A DNA stretch of 64,000 bases. Source: Syntrophales bacterium. Lineage in GTDB: Bacteria > Desulfobacterota > Syntrophia > Syntrophales > UBA2210. The notes under the pieces were generated by a model. That model had not been told where the DNA came from. It saw only the letters and a list, made by a program, of their open reading frames with translations, and did not search any database. Below are positions 1-11,044 of the stretch, piece by piece; the first letter of the stretch is position 1; every line of letters starts with the position of its first letter. The DNA lies in the NCBI GenBank assembly GCA_963662405.2, contig CAXXKT010000002.1, positions 256,001-320,000 of the forward strand, read 5' to 3'. A program made the translations under genes and the position numbers.

Positions 1-673
1 CGGCGGCATACGATGAACGGAGATAATCGGGAATCAGTGTCATTATATCAGATGTCTCTCCGCTCTGAAACTTCTTCCTCCCAGCCAGCCCTATCATGGC
101 TGCCCGCACCATATTAAAACGGGGCGGGGCGACAGACGACCGGCCCGGCAGGATATCACCGATGAGATCCCGGTAGGCCTCAGCTCCGCTGCCAAGAAAC
201 AACACCTCTCCCTGGATGGAACCGATAAATTCGCTCGGGCGGACCACGCATTCCGTCTGCACCTTTTCATAGGAATCGAAACCGGAGGGGAGATATAACG
301 CCACATACACCTCGCCTCTCCCGGCGTCGACCATGGGGCAGAGGGTAACTCTTCGAGAAGAAGCGATATTCATGGCGAGGGCATCAAGGGTGCAGACACC
401 CACAACCGGTTTGCATAAAACAAGGGCCAATCCTTTTACGGTGCTCAGACCAACCCGCAATCCGGTGAAGGAACCGGGGCCGATGGTTACGGCAAGCAGA
501 TCGACCTGATCCTTCTCGATCTCCCCTGAGGCAAGCACTCGCTCGATTGTCGGCAAGAGTACCTCAGCATGGTTCCGGCCGGTATGAATGCATATTTCCG
601 AGCGGATATTCTCATCTTCGAGGAGCGCGACACCGGTCGCCGCGAGAGAGCTATCAACCGCGAGCGTGATCAT
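1..673 (-). CDS. tsaB: tRNA threonylcarbamoyladenosine biosynthesis protein TsaB (runs off window start)
   Basis: Manual translation from ATG at 673: MITLAVDSS...HAEVLLPTI...DLLAVTIGPGSFTGLRVGLSTVKGLA; GPGSFTGLR motif; absent from the ORF track. Confidence 0.92.
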   Translation of the reverse strand, partial: MITLAVDSSLAATGVALLEDENIRSEICIHTGRNHAEVLLPTIERVLASGEIEKDQVDLLAVTIGPGSFTGLRVGLSTVKGLALVLCKPVVGVCTLDALAMNIASSRRVTLCPMVDAGRGEVYVALYLPSGFDSYEKVQTECVVRPSEFIGSIQGEVLFLGSGAEAYRDLIGDILPGRSSVAPPRFNMVRAAMIGLAGRKKFQSGETSDIMTLIPDYLRSSYAA

Positions 674-675
674 GG

Positions 676-1746
676 CTAATACCCCAATATCCGCGCAATG
701 TCGTTATAAAAGACAAAGAGCATCAGGAGAATCAAAAAAAAGAAACCCACCTGCTGTGCGATTTCTCTGCACCGGATGCTCACGGGCCTTCCGGTTACCG
801 CCTCCACCAAGAAAAAGGCTATATGCCCTCCGTCGAGGACCGGCACGGGTAGAAAATTCAAGACCCCCAGATTAACGCTGAGTACCGCCATCAAGAAGAC
901 AAACGGAACGAATCCTTTGCGGACCTGTGTGCCGGCCATCTGCGCGATCAGTATGGGGCCACCCAGTTCCCGCGGGGAAACAATTCCCTGCACTATCTTG
1001 ACCATGCCGATACAGGTCAGTTTCGTCCACCCCCATGTCTGCTCAATACCTGCGTAGAACGCGCCGGCCGGTCCCTCCCGTTCTATAACCGTTTCGTCTG
1101 AGATACCGACTCCGATTCGATAGGTTCTGATCTCTTCACCGAAGACGTTCGTTGACGTTGCTGCCAGAGGGGTAACGTCTACATCACGGATCTTTTTCCC
1201 CCGTGCTACGCGGATATTGATTCTCTCTCCCTCACTCTCGCTGACGGCCTCGGCTAGTTCGGACCACATCGAGATGTCCCTGTCATTGATGGCAACGACA
1301 ACATCACCGCTTTGAAGTCCGGCCTCAAAGGCCGGGCTGTTTTCCTGGACGGTTCCAATCATCGAGGTCGCAACGGGGACCCCGATGGCATATACAACCG
1401 CAAAGGCAAAAACGGCAAAGAGGAAGTTGAAGAGGGGACCGGCAGATACGATCGCTATCCGCTTCAATACCCCCTGCTTCAGGAACGACCGTTTCTCGTC
1501 TTCGGGGGACAGGTCTTCATTTTCCTCCGATTCACCCAACATCTTGACGTACCCCCCGAGGGGTATCGCCGAAAGGACATACTCCGTCTCTCCCACCTTT
1601 CTCCCGAACAGTTTGGGGCCGAAACCGAGGGAGAACTTCAGGACACCCACGCCGGACCACTTCGCCACGAGGAAATGACCCAGTTCATGTACAAAGATCA
1701 AGACCCCGAGGAGAATTATTACCGATACAACACTTAATCCGATCAA
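676..1746 (-). CDS. rseP: RIP metalloprotease RseP
   Basis: HELGH, GGYVKM, PDZ region, NFLPVPVLDGG; probable TTG start overlapping dxr stop. Confidence 0.95.
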   Translation of the reverse strand: MIGLSVVSVIILLGVLIFVHELGHFLVAKWSGVGVLKFSLGFGPKLFGRKVGETEYVLSAIPLGGYVKMLGESEENEDLSPEDEKRSFLKQGVLKRIAIVSAGPLFNFLFAVFAFAVVYAIGVPVATSMIGTVQENSPAFEAGLQSGDVVVAINDRDISMWSELAEAVSESEGERINIRVARGKKIRDVDVTPLAATSTNVFGEEIRTYRIGVGISDETVIEREGPAGAFYAGIEQTWGWTKLTCIGMVKIVQGIVSPRELGGPILIAQMAGTQVRKGFVPFVFLMAVLSVNLGVLNFLPVPVLDGGHIAFFLVEAVTGRPVSIRCREIAQQVGFFFLILLMLFVFYNDIARILGY

Positions 1747-2909
1747 GTGACTTTTCCTTTCTCCACGGCCTCCTGAGCCCTGGTCCGCGCCCATCCGTCG
1801 GCCCGCAGAACGTCGTCAATCGTTTCAACCTGCTGCGTCTGATGAGATACGACAATATCTTTCACAATGGACGTGATATCCTGAAATCCGATCTTTCCGG
1901 CGACAAAGGCCTCCACAGCTATCTCGTTCGACGCGTTCAGGACCGCGGGCGCCGTGCCACCCCTTCCGGCCGCCTCATAGGCAAGATCCAACGCCGGGAA
2001 GCGGACGGGGTCGGGAGGTAAAAATTCCAGTGTTCCCACGGTGCAGAGATCGAGGGTTGATATGGCCCGGGGGACCCTCCGGGGATACCCCAAGGCATAC
2101 GATATGGGTCCCTTCATATCGGGTACACCCATCTGTGCGATAACAGAACCGTCGACATACTCCACCATGGAGTGAACGATACTCTGCGGATGAATGCAAA
2201 CATCTATTTGTTCCTTTCCCATCCCGAACAGCCACATGGCCTCTATGATTTCAAGGGCTTTATTCATCATGGTTGCCGAATCTATGGTAATCTTTTGCCC
2301 CATCTCCCAGTTAGGATGCTTGAGGGCATCCTGAAGCCGGATTTCTCCGAACCGTTCGACAGGAAATTGAAAAAAGGGGCCCCCCGAGGCCGTCAGGATG
2401 AGTCGCCGCACCTCCGCCCGGTTGTGTCCGGCCAAGCTCTGAAAAAGGGCGCTGTGTTCGCTGTCGACCGGGATGATCTTCGCACCGCGCGAGGCGGCCC
2501 GATCCATGACTATCCCCCCGGCCATGACCATCGTCTCTTTGTTGGCAAGGGCGATGTCTTTCCCCGCTTCAATGGCCGCCATCGTCGGCGAAAGACCCGC
2601 TGCACCGGCAATTGCGGAGACAACGATATCCGCTCCCTTCCAGGATGCGACGCGGGTGCTTCCCTCCTCACCCCACAGAATAGCCGGTACGGAAGCGTGC
2701 CCGATCATATCCTTCAATCGGCAGGCATGGGCTTCATCGATGACAGAGACCACTTCCGGTCGCAAGGCCTGTATCTGTTTTGCCAGGAGCGACAGATTTC
2801 TTCCCGCGGAAAGGGCAACGATCTTGAACCGGGAAGGGTTCCCGATAACGATATCTACGGTACTGACCCCTATGGAACCAGTTGATCCCAGAACGACAAT
2901 TGTTTTCAT
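1743..2909 (-). CDS. dxr: 1-deoxy-D-xylulose 5-phosphate reductoisomerase
   Basis: LGSTGSIG, LANKE, PVDSEH, HPNWEMG motifs. Confidence 0.97.
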   Translation of the reverse strand: MKTIVVLGSTGSIGVSTVDIVIGNPSRFKIVALSAGRNLSLLAKQIQALRPEVVSVIDEAHACRLKDMIGHASVPAILWGEEGSTRVASWKGADIVVSAIAGAAGLSPTMAAIEAGKDIALANKETMVMAGGIVMDRAASRGAKIIPVDSEHSALFQSLAGHNRAEVRRLILTASGGPFFQFPVERFGEIRLQDALKHPNWEMGQKITIDSATMMNKALEIIEAMWLFGMGKEQIDVCIHPQSIVHSMVEYVDGSVIAQMGVPDMKGPISYALGYPRRVPRAISTLDLCTVGTLEFLPPDPVRFPALDLAYEAAGRGGTAPAVLNASNEIAVEAFVAGKIGFQDITSIVKDIVVSHQTQQVETIDDVLRADGWARTRAQEAVEKGKVT

Positions 2910-3712
2910 CAGATCACTAAGACGCGATAATAATATACAAAGGGGATGAGGAAAACAAGCGAATCCAAGCGGTCCAGTATACCCCCGTGGCCCGGGAGAA
3001 GCGATCCGGAATCCTTTACCAGAGAGGTCCTCTTAACGGCCGACTCACACAGGTCACCCAGCTGAGCAAGGATGCTCCCCATCACACCAAGCATCACCGC
3101 GTCAATCAGAAGGAGGTCGTGGAGAACAATGAGTTTAAAGACCACACACCCGGCAACAGTACCCGCCATGGATCCCATCGCTCCCGCTACCGTCTTTCCA
3201 GCACTGACCTGCGGCATCAGCTTCGTCTTACCCATCGCCCTTCCAACGTAAAACGCTGAGATATCGCCCAGAAAGGCGGCAACAATGACGAAGAATATCC
3301 AGGAAATCCCGTTTTCAGAATTTCTGAGTGGAATAAGATACGATATGAGAAAGGGGATATACACACAGCCGAACAGGACCTTGGTCAGCGCCACAAAGTC
3401 AGGCGTTTCATCTTTCATCCGAAAGAGAAAGAGGAGGAAGAGGATGATGAACGAGAAGGTAATCGCAGCCGCCATCAGCGGGACACCTCCGAGGTATGCC
3501 GAGAGGGGAATAAAAACGCCGACAATCAATCCCTCGGCCTTCTCCAGAGAGTGCTTCTCCTTGAAGATCATGGCATTATACTCACAAACACCCCAGAGAA
3601 TCACCATGGCTATCACGGCGGAAAAGAGGAAAGATGATCCCCTGAGGATAAGGACAATCAGGAGAGGGACCGCCACAATCCCCGTGATCCATCGCTTTGC
3701 ATGCGGGCCCAT
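2909..3712 (-). CDS. cdsA: phosphatidate cytidylyltransferase
   Basis: Hydrophobic; GDLCES..KR...VKDSGSLLPGHGGILDRLDS. Confidence 0.95.
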   Translation of the reverse strand: MGPHAKRWITGIVAVPLLIVLILRGSSFLFSAVIAMVILWGVCEYNAMIFKEKHSLEKAEGLIVGVFIPLSAYLGGVPLMAAAITFSFIILFLLFLFRMKDETPDFVALTKVLFGCVYIPFLISYLIPLRNSENGISWIFFVIVAAFLGDISAFYVGRAMGKTKLMPQVSAGKTVAGAMGSMAGTVAGCVVFKLIVLHDLLLIDAVMLGVMGSILAQLGDLCESAVKRTSLVKDSGSLLPGHGGILDRLDSLVFLIPFVYYYRVLVI

Positions 3713-3727
3713 ACTATCTCAATCCCT

Positions 3728-4456
3728 TCATAACTGGTCGCTGGTCAGGCCAAAACGCCGTTCTCTTTGCTGATAATCCACAATGGCGTCTATCAGGACG
3801 TCCTTTGTAAAATCAGGCCACAGGACGTCGGTGAAGTACAACTCCGTGTAAGCCGACTGCCACAGGAGAAAATTGCTCAGCCGGTATTCCCCGCTTGTCC
3901 GTATCAGGAGATCCGGATCGGGGATATCTACAGTATACAGGTACCGCGAAAAGAATTCCTTCGTTATCGTTTCTTCATGCATCTCCGTAGATCTGCTATC
4001 CCGCAGCATCCTGCGAACCGCCTGAACAATCTCGTCCCTGCCCCCGTAACTCAAGGCGAGGGTCAGGACCATCCCGTTGTTCTCGGAGGTCTCTTTCATT
4101 GCCTTGGCAAGAAGATCTTGGACCGTCACAGGAAACCTGCTCGTCTCCCCGATCGTTAAAAGACGAATACCGGTCTCCAGCATCTCCTCCAACTCCGTTT
4201 TAAGGTAGGTCTCGAGGAGAGACATGAGTCTCTCGATCTCATTTGCCGGGCGATGCCAGTTTTCAACCGAGAAGGCATAGAGGGTAAGATACCGTATCCC
4301 GAGTTCGCGACAGGTCTTGATCGTGGCCCGAACCGCTTCGGCACCCTTTTCATGACCCATGACCCTTCTCAGACGGTTCTTCTTTGCCCACCTGCCGTTT
4401 CCGTCCATGATAACGGCGACGTGACAGGGAAGCTTTTCCTTGATAATCCTATGCAT
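3728..4456 (-). CDS. uppS: undecaprenyl diphosphate synthase
   Basis: HVAVIMDGNGRWA, AFSVENW, RTSGEYRLSNFLLWQ. Confidence 0.97.
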   Translation of the reverse strand: MHRIIKEKLPCHVAVIMDGNGRWAKKNRLRRVMGHEKGAEAVRATIKTCRELGIRYLTLYAFSVENWHRPANEIERLMSLLETYLKTELEEMLETGIRLLTIGETSRFPVTVQDLLAKAMKETSENNGMVLTLALSYGGRDEIVQAVRRMLRDSRSTEMHEETITKEFFSRYLYTVDIPDPDLLIRTSGEYRLSNFLLWQSAYTELYFTDVLWPDFTKDVLIDAIVDYQQRERRFGLTSDQL

Positions 4457-4541
4457 ACGCACGCCCACCCTCAAAGTCCAGTATCATAGCGCCCTGTCAT
4501 TTTCAACCGGTATCTTGATGACACGATATTCAACCGAGGCA

Positions 4542-4566
4542 TAAAAAAGGGGGCCCTTGGCCCCCT
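4542..4566 (-). terminator. intrinsic terminator after frr
   Basis: GC-rich hairpin followed by a T-run on the minus strand. Confidence 0.6.
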
Positions 4567-4585
4567 CATCCACCGCCGGCTACTC

Positions 4586-5143
4586 TTATATCTCCATAAT
4601 CTCGGCCTCTTTGGCAGCCAAGATCCCATCTACCTTACCGGTATACTCGTCGGTTACCTTCTGAACCTCGCTCTGGGTGTCGTGCATGGTGTCTTCCGAT
4701 ATATCACCATCGTTTTTCAGTTTTTTGAGTTCATTGTTGGCTTCCCTTCGTGCATTACGAAGCCGGACTTTATTCTCCTCCGCCATCTTCCGCACGACCT
4801 TGACCAATTCCTTCCTCCGCTCCTCCGTCAGGGGGGGGATATTGATCCTGATCACCTTCCCGTCATTGTTCGGAACCAAACCTAACTCCGATTTCTGTAC
4901 GGCCTTTCCGATGGCATCTATCGCTCCCTTATCCCAAGGAGAAATGAGTATCAGTTGGCTTTCCGGGGTGGAGAGGGTGGCAACCTGGTTCAGCGGGGTC
5001 ATGACACCGTAATAGTCGACCTTGATACCGTCAAGGAGGGTTACCGACGCCCTCCCCGTGCGCACTTTATTAAACGATTTTTCGAGAGACTGGATATCTC
5101 TCTCCATGGCTTCCTTCAATTCCTCGAATACCAGATCCGTCAT
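4586..5143 (-). CDS. frr: ribosome recycling factor
   Basis: [23 protein letters not shown]. Confidence 0.97.
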   Translation of the reverse strand: MTDLVFEELKEAMERDIQSLEKSFNKVRTGRASVTLLDGIKVDYYGVMTPLNQVATLSTPESQLILISPWDKGAIDAIGKAVQKSELGLVPNNDGKVIRINIPPLTEERRKELVKVVRKMAEENKVRLRNARREANNELKKLKNDGDISEDTMHDTQSEVQKVTDEYTGKVDGILAAKEAEIMEI

Positions 5144-5865
5144 TTATCATCCCCCACCACAACGGTCCCGATGGATTTCCCACAGACGACACCTTTGATA
5201 TTTTCCCTCTTCTCGATATTGAATACGACAAGGGGGAGGTTGTTGTCCCGGCACATGGAGACTGCCGTCGAATCCATCACCTTGAGATCCCTGGTCAGGA
5301 CCTCGGTATACGTTATCCTGTCAAATATCCGGGCATCCTTTTCCTTCACGGGATCCTTATCATAGATTCCGTCGACCTTGGTGGCCTTGAGGATGGCACC
5401 GGCCTGTATCTCCATGGCCCGCAGAGAGGCTGCCGTGTCTGTCGTGAAGTAGGGACTTCCGGTCCCGCACGCAAAGATAACCACCCTTCCCTTTTCCAGA
5501 TGCCGGACTGCCCTTCTCTTGATGAAGGGTTCCGCGATCTCCCGCATCTCGATAGCGGTCTGAACCCTCGTTGGAACCCCATGGCTCTCAAGGGCGTTCT
5601 GAAGGGCCAGACTGTTCATCACGGTGGCAAGCATGCCCATGTAGTCGGCGGAGACCCGGTCAATCCCCTTGGTACTGGCCTCTACCCCGCGAAAGATATT
5701 GCCGCCCCCGATCACGATCCCGATCTGGACACCAAGGGTGTGAACGGCATTGATCTCCTCCGCCACAAACTTCAGGACATCCGTATCAATCCCGAAAGAG
5801 CCCTTCCCCAGGAGCGCTTCACCGCTCAGCTTCAGGAGGATTCTCTTATATATGGGTTTTTCCAC
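5140..5865 (-). CDS. pyrH: uridylate kinase
   Basis: [33 protein letters not shown]. Confidence 0.97.
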   Translation of the reverse strand: MEKPIYKRILLKLSGEALLGKGSFGIDTDVLKFVAEEINAVHTLGVQIGIVIGGGNIFRGVEASTKGIDRVSADYMGMLATVMNSLALQNALESHGVPTRVQTAIEMREIAEPFIKRRAVRHLEKGRVVIFACGTGSPYFTTDTAASLRAMEIQAGAILKATKVDGIYDKDPVKEKDARIFDRITYTEVLTRDLKVMDSTAVSMCRDNNLPLVVFNIEKRENIKGVVCGKSIGTVVVGDDK

Positions 5866-5934
5866 TATCGCACCGGCTTATCTAAAAAAAAGTTCGGCTG
5901 TTCACCTTCCGTAGTTCTGAGTTTACGCCTATCC

Positions 5935-6534
5935 TTATATATCTTCACCCAGCTGGAAACGTGCGAACCTCCTCACAACGATATTCTCGCCGGTGTTGGC
6001 GATCATGTTATTGACCAGTGTCTGGACCGTGATGTCCATGTCCTTGACGAATTTCTGATTCAGGAGACACACCTCCTCGTAAAACTTCCCGATCTTGCCC
6101 TCGATAATCCTATCGACAACCTTCTCAGGCTTTCCCGAGGCCAGGGCCTGCTCACGGTATATCCCCCGCTCGGCATCCATGACATCCGGCGGGACATCGT
6201 CAGGACTCAGATAGGTGGGATTCGCGGCGGCAATATGCATGGCAATATCCTTCACCATCGCCCTGAAGCTCTCGGTCTTGCCGACGAAATCCGTCTCGCA
6301 GTTGACCTCGACCATCACTCCGATCTTACCGCCCATGTGAATATACGCCTCCACCATACCGTTCTTCGCTGCCCGCGATGACCGCTTGGTCGCGGCGGAG
6401 AGTCCCTTCTTTCTCAGATACTCGACGGCCCTTTCAAGATCACCGTCGGCCGCGGCAAGCGCCTCCTTGCAATCCATCATACCCGAGTTTGTCTTATCTC
6501 TCAGCTCCTTTACCATCGATGCTGTAATTTCCAA
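5935..6534 (-). CDS. tsf: elongation factor Ts (short form)
   Basis: VKELRDKT.SGMMDCK, EVNCETDFV; 199 aa. Confidence 0.96.
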   Translation of the reverse strand: MEITASMVKELRDKTNSGMMDCKEALAAADGDLERAVEYLRKKGLSAATKRSSRAAKNGMVEAYIHMGGKIGVMVEVNCETDFVGKTESFRAMVKDIAMHIAAANPTYLSPDDVPPDVMDAERGIYREQALASGKPEKVVDRIIEGKIGKFYEEVCLLNQKFVKDMDITVQTLVNNMIANTGENIVVRRFARFQLGEDI

Positions 6535-6536
6535 TG

Positions 6537-7370
6537 TTACACTACCTCCTCGCTTTCCTGCGTCTTAGTTTCTTCAGCTTCATCTTCAGAGGATTCTTCC
6601 CCCTTGTTTTCTACACTCTCCGGGACATCCAGCTCTTCTTGACCGCCATCTTCCTCTTTGTCACTCTGTGCCTGCAGGCGCTCCTCAAGCTTCTTTTTCC
6701 CTTCGAGAGCGGCATCCGCAATCTTGGAGGAGAACAGCTTGATGGCCCGTATGGCATCGTCATTCCCGGGAATAATAAAATCAATATCATCGGGATCGCA
6801 ATTGCTATCGACGATCGCCACGATGGGAATACCGAGCTTCCCCGCTTCTTTGACGGCGATGCTCTCCTTTTTGGGATCAACAATAAAGACGATACCCGGC
6901 AGATTCTTCATGTTGCGTATCCCGCCGAGGACCTTCTGCAGTTTTTCTCTTTCCCTCTGAAGACCCAGGATCTCCTTTTTGGGAAATGCATTGATGCTCT
7001 CATCTTCAAACATGGCGTCAAGCTTATTCAACCGGTCTACGCTTCTCTTTATCGTCACAAAATTCGTCATCATGCCGCCAAGCCAGCGGTGATTAACATA
7101 GGGCATTCCGGCTCTCTCGGACTCCGTCTTTATGGATTCCTGCGCCTGCCGCTTGGTTCCCACCAGCAGGACTTCCTTGCCGGAGGCAACTGCATCGGCA
7201 ACGGCATTATAGGCCACATCAAACATCTGCACCGTCTGCTGAAGATCGATGATGTAGATGCCGTTTCGTGCCCCGAATATATAGGGCTTCATCTTGGGAT
7301 TCCACCGGTTCGTCTGATGACCGAAGTGAACCCCGGATTCCAGCAACATCTTCATTGATACTTGTGCCAT
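6537..7370 (-). CDS. rpsB: 30S ribosomal protein S2
   Basis: [29 protein letters not shown]; start MAQVS at 7370 after AAGGAG. Confidence 0.97.
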   Translation of the reverse strand: MAQVSMKMLLESGVHFGHQTNRWNPKMKPYIFGARNGIYIIDLQQTVQMFDVAYNAVADAVASGKEVLLVGTKRQAQESIKTESERAGMPYVNHRWLGGMMTNFVTIKRSVDRLNKLDAMFEDESINAFPKKEILGLQREREKLQKVLGGIRNMKNLPGIVFIVDPKKESIAVKEAGKLGIPIVAIVDSNCDPDDIDFIIPGNDDAIRAIKLFSSKIADAALEGKKKLEERLQAQSDKEEDGGQEELDVPESVENKGEESSEDEAEETKTQESEEVV

Positions 7371-7475
7371 ATATTTCTCCTTGTTTGTTTTTTCCTCCAC
7401 CCCCCTCACCTCATCAGGGGACCTCTCTGCCGAGGCAACTCCCGGATAATCAGGGGGTGAGCGTGATATATATAT
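7371..7475 (-). promoter_or_regulatory. probable structured rpsB 5' leader (S2 autoregulation)
   Basis: CACCCCCT...GGGGGGTG complementary arms upstream of the rpsB RBS; position matches known S2 leaders. Confidence 0.4.
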
Positions 7476-7643
7476 TACCGTAAGTTGCAGCGGGATATCA
7501 TATCCCGGATAAATAATCAAGGTAAAACGGTTGAATCAACACCGCAATGAGGCCCCGAGCTCTTCCCTATTCAGGCGAGTAAGCAACCTCTTCGCCCCGG
7601 CGTATCGTCTCCACTATTGGGATCTCTCTCTGTCCGTATTCCG

Positions 7644-9323
7644 TCATTCGGCCCCCAAGATCCGCGCTTCCCTGTTTATAATCGATTGCACGATGGCCAG
7701 CGTACAGGTATAAGTGGCTTCCACCCCGATATATCCGAGCCGCGAACTCAGGAGACTCGCCCTCATGTTATAGGGAGTGTCTGAAGTGTAGTGAAGAATG
7801 CCGATATCCAGGGAACGGTCCGGCCGAACCCGGACGAGACTTTCCCGAGGCGCGGCATCACCATGGATATATTCATACAGAGCGGACAGATATGGTCCGG
7901 CTTCCATCTCGATCCCGGTATAATCACTCCGGCGAAGGTCCTTGATGAAATCCCGATTGTGGAGAAAGGTCCCGCGGACCGTTACTGATCGCTGATCATC
8001 GAAAACTGCGATATCGCGCAGATAACCGATAAGATTCCGTATGGAGAAACAATTGTTGAGCCGGTATCGATTACGGGTATGTTCATCTCTGATCTCGGAC
8101 GGGATCATAATATCACCCGGCCTGCCGATCATGGCCGCGGATTTTCCCATGATGTATGCACCCCGCAAGTCGTGAGCCCCTCGGGCAATCTCCGACATCA
8201 TATAGTACGCCAAGAATCCCAACGGATAATCGATATTCAGTATGAGAGCCCGGCTCTTTCTCAAGAGAGCCATATTGCGTCGGTCGAGCCGAGCATCGAG
8301 GCAATCTGACCTGATACGGCTCAGATCGACAATCTGGGTCTCTTGGTCGGCAAATTGACCATGTCTGAACCGTTGCACCCCCCCCCGTTCCTCCATCTCC
8401 TTCTGAACGGCACCGTAATTACTCTTTGCCTCCATGAAACAACGCTGGGCATAATAGTAAAAATTCAACCGAGCTTCTTCCTCTTCGTCCCGGAGCCAAT
8501 CCCACCAGCCACACAACTCCTCCGTGTCGTTTTCCAGCACGTAGTCTACCAGTTCATGGCGATAACGATAAGCAAATCCTGAAATGACATTCGCGAGGCT
8601 GTGCGTATTGCTGGAGACCAGGTAGAGCGGGCGATTTTCAATCCCGACATCATGAAAATGAGCCAGGAGATCGTGCCACCAGCTCTCAACCTCCCGCTTA
8701 TACGTACCCTCGTCTGATGAATACATCCTGACACGGAAATTCTTCGGGGCAGAGACGATCGCAGCTATCGTTCGACCCCAGGAATCCCCCCAGAAATCCG
8801 CCAGCATTTCATAATCGGCGGGAGATATGCGCAATACCGTCTTCAATGCGTCCCCCGCTTTCGAATAGGGGACACAACCGTTTTTCAGGTATTCACCGAC
8901 AGTCGATCCCTGTAACCGTTTGTGCATCTTGTTCCATTCGATCTGATAGGCGCACAGGGTCGGGATCAGGTCGTCGATGTCCGATACGCTGGAGGTACAA
9001 ACGGCCAGGGTCTCTCTTCCATCGAAGAATGATCTGCGCCGCCTGGCACGTGCCGGGGCAGGTTCCCATATGCCGATATCTTGACAGCCATACGCCCTCA
9101 GCACATCCTCACTGGATCCGATCAGGACGCGGCTGACCCGATCCAAGCACTCGGGCAGACGCAAGGCGGCATAAAGGAATGCCGAAATCATTATATCGTC
9201 CTCGGCCGCAGCCGGGTGGAGACTGGAAGAAGCAGCCCGATGGATATCTTCAAGATAGTCCAAGGAGATCTCCCCCCCTCCCTGCAATGATGAACGATAG
9301 GAATCGATATACCGCTCGATCAT
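7644..9323 (-). CDS. conserved hypothetical protein (DUF6909-like) with nucleoside phosphorylase-like C-terminus
   Basis: 559-aa ORF; SSNTHS, IMGKSA, TVRGTFL, GIEMEAGPY, YTSDTP motifs. Confidence 0.6.
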   Translation of the reverse strand: MIERYIDSYRSSLQGGGEISLDYLEDIHRAASSSLHPAAAEDDIMISAFLYAALRLPECLDRVSRVLIGSSEDVLRAYGCQDIGIWEPAPARARRRRSFFDGRETLAVCTSSVSDIDDLIPTLCAYQIEWNKMHKRLQGSTVGEYLKNGCVPYSKAGDALKTVLRISPADYEMLADFWGDSWGRTIAAIVSAPKNFRVRMYSSDEGTYKREVESWWHDLLAHFHDVGIENRPLYLVSSNTHSLANVISGFAYRYRHELVDYVLENDTEELCGWWDWLRDEEEEARLNFYYYAQRCFMEAKSNYGAVQKEMEERGGVQRFRHGQFADQETQIVDLSRIRSDCLDARLDRRNMALLRKSRALILNIDYPLGFLAYYMMSEIARGAHDLRGAYIMGKSAAMIGRPGDIMIPSEIRDEHTRNRYRLNNCFSIRNLIGYLRDIAVFDDQRSVTVRGTFLHNRDFIKDLRRSDYTGIEMEAGPYLSALYEYIHGDAAPRESLVRVRPDRSLDIGILHYTSDTPYNMRASLLSSRLGYIGVEATYTCTLAIVQSIINREARILGAE

Positions 9324-9392
9324 CCTCCCCCTTTCGGGGGGAGGGGACCTGTGCAGGTGTAGACATATATGGGCAAGGGCTCTACGCATCTA

Positions 9393-10715
9393 TCAAAAAA
9401 AGTGGTCAAGATCGAAAAGAAGAAGGAGTGCAAAGATATCAATCACCATCAGTGTCAATGATATCTGTCGGGTTTTTCCACAGGCCAGTTTAAGAAGGGT
9501 CCAGCTGAGACATCCCCAAATAATTCCATAGGTAATAGAATGGGTCAACGGCATGACAATCATCGCCATGAAAAAGGGGATGGCATCGTCGAACCGCTCC
9601 CACCGGACATATATCAGTGGCCGTAGCATGAAAACACCGGCCAGGACCAGGATGGGTGCGGTGGACACGGGGGGAACAAGGGACAGCAGGGGTGAAAGAA
9701 ACATGAAGGGGATAAAGAGAAGACCCGCTACGACCGCGGTCAGTCCGGTACGACCACCCTCCCGGATCCCTGTTGCGGATTCGATATATGCCGTAGCCGG
9801 GCTGGTACCCATAAGCGCGGACAGCATCACTCCGACTGCATTCACCCGAAGACATTTCACCACATGGCGCGGTTCACCCCTTTCATCGACAAGATCCCCG
9901 GCTTCACACACCCCGACACAGGTGGAAAGGCTGTCAAAGATACAGGTGAAGAGAATGACAAATATGATGAACGATACGGAAAGCCTGGCTGCACCGATGA
10001 TATCAAGACGCATGAGCAGGCTGAAATCAGGCACAGCATACCATCCCTGCCAATTGACAATGGTTCCCTCGCCGGAAGCCGTCCCCCAGAACCGTCCGAT
10101 CGGCCAGGCCAGCACCGTGGTAGCCAGAATGCCGAGGATAAAACTGCCCCGCACCTTACGAACCACCATCACGGCGGTGATCAAAAGACCGACAAGGAAG
10201 GTCAGGGTCGTTGCATCCAGGGTACCGTGGGTCCATCCGCCGCTCTCGGAACTGACTATGAATCCGGCGGATTCGAACCCGATCAGGGCGATAAACAGCC
10301 CGATCCCGCCGGCCAGTCCGTAGCGTAGCATGGGAGGTATGGCGGAAAGCAGTCTTTTCCTTCGGTCGAGAACGGTTAACACAAGGAATACCAACCCCGC
10401 ATTGAATACACATCCCAAGGCCACTTCATACGGGACACCTTCGGAACGGGATATGGCATAGGCGAACAATTGATTGATGCTCATCCCGGGAGCGATAAGA
10501 ATCGGATTATTGGTGTATACACCCATGAGGATGCTGGTAAATGCGCTCACAACCACCGTTGCGGTGAGTACGGCGTTATAGGGCATATCGACCGTCCGAA
10601 GAATGGCGGGATTGACCACAATGATATACATCCCTGACAAAAAAGTGGTCACCCCGGCAAGGATCTCCGTCGGCACATCCGTACCATTGTTTTTTAAGTC
10701 GAAGAAATCAGTCAT
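9393..10715 (-). CDS. NCS2/AzgA-family nucleobase permease
   Basis: TEILAGVTTF...YIIVVNP, APGM, YIESATGIREGGRTGLTA. Confidence 0.9.
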   Translation of the reverse strand: MTDFFDLKNNGTDVPTEILAGVTTFLSGMYIIVVNPAILRTVDMPYNAVLTATVVVSAFTSILMGVYTNNPILIAPGMSINQLFAYAISRSEGVPYEVALGCVFNAGLVFLVLTVLDRRKRLLSAIPPMLRYGLAGGIGLFIALIGFESAGFIVSSESGGWTHGTLDATTLTFLVGLLITAVMVVRKVRGSFILGILATTVLAWPIGRFWGTASGEGTIVNWQGWYAVPDFSLLMRLDIIGAARLSVSFIIFVILFTCIFDSLSTCVGVCEAGDLVDERGEPRHVVKCLRVNAVGVMLSALMGTSPATAYIESATGIREGGRTGLTAVVAGLLFIPFMFLSPLLSLVPPVSTAPILVLAGVFMLRPLIYVRWERFDDAIPFFMAMIVMPLTHSITYGIIWGCLSWTLLKLACGKTRQISLTLMVIDIFALLLLFDLDHFF

Positions 10716-11044
10716 GTTGATGGGCACATAGGGTTCCCGAGGTTGCCATCGCGCTCTCTCCACCACCGTTCCGTGATCATGAGCCCCTTGAAACTAGCGT
10801 GGCTGAAAACCGGGATACTGATCGAGAGCGCACCATCGTACCTTCCATTCAATAGTGTTAACGATTGCTTCCATTTCACTCCGCCAAGCGCCGGCGTTGG
10901 AGAAAGCAGTAGTGACAAGGGGATCGATGTCGGTTGCGATACAACCGGGCATCACGGACAGTTGTTATGTGATTTTGAATATCTCAAACCAACCGTTTTT
11001 AAGAACAGACACACTTCTTATATCCCCTCATTTTTCGAATCGGA

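Noticed and set aside
5935..6534. Truncated EF-Ts
   Set aside because: The ~200-aa form is a normal variant in several bacterial lineages.
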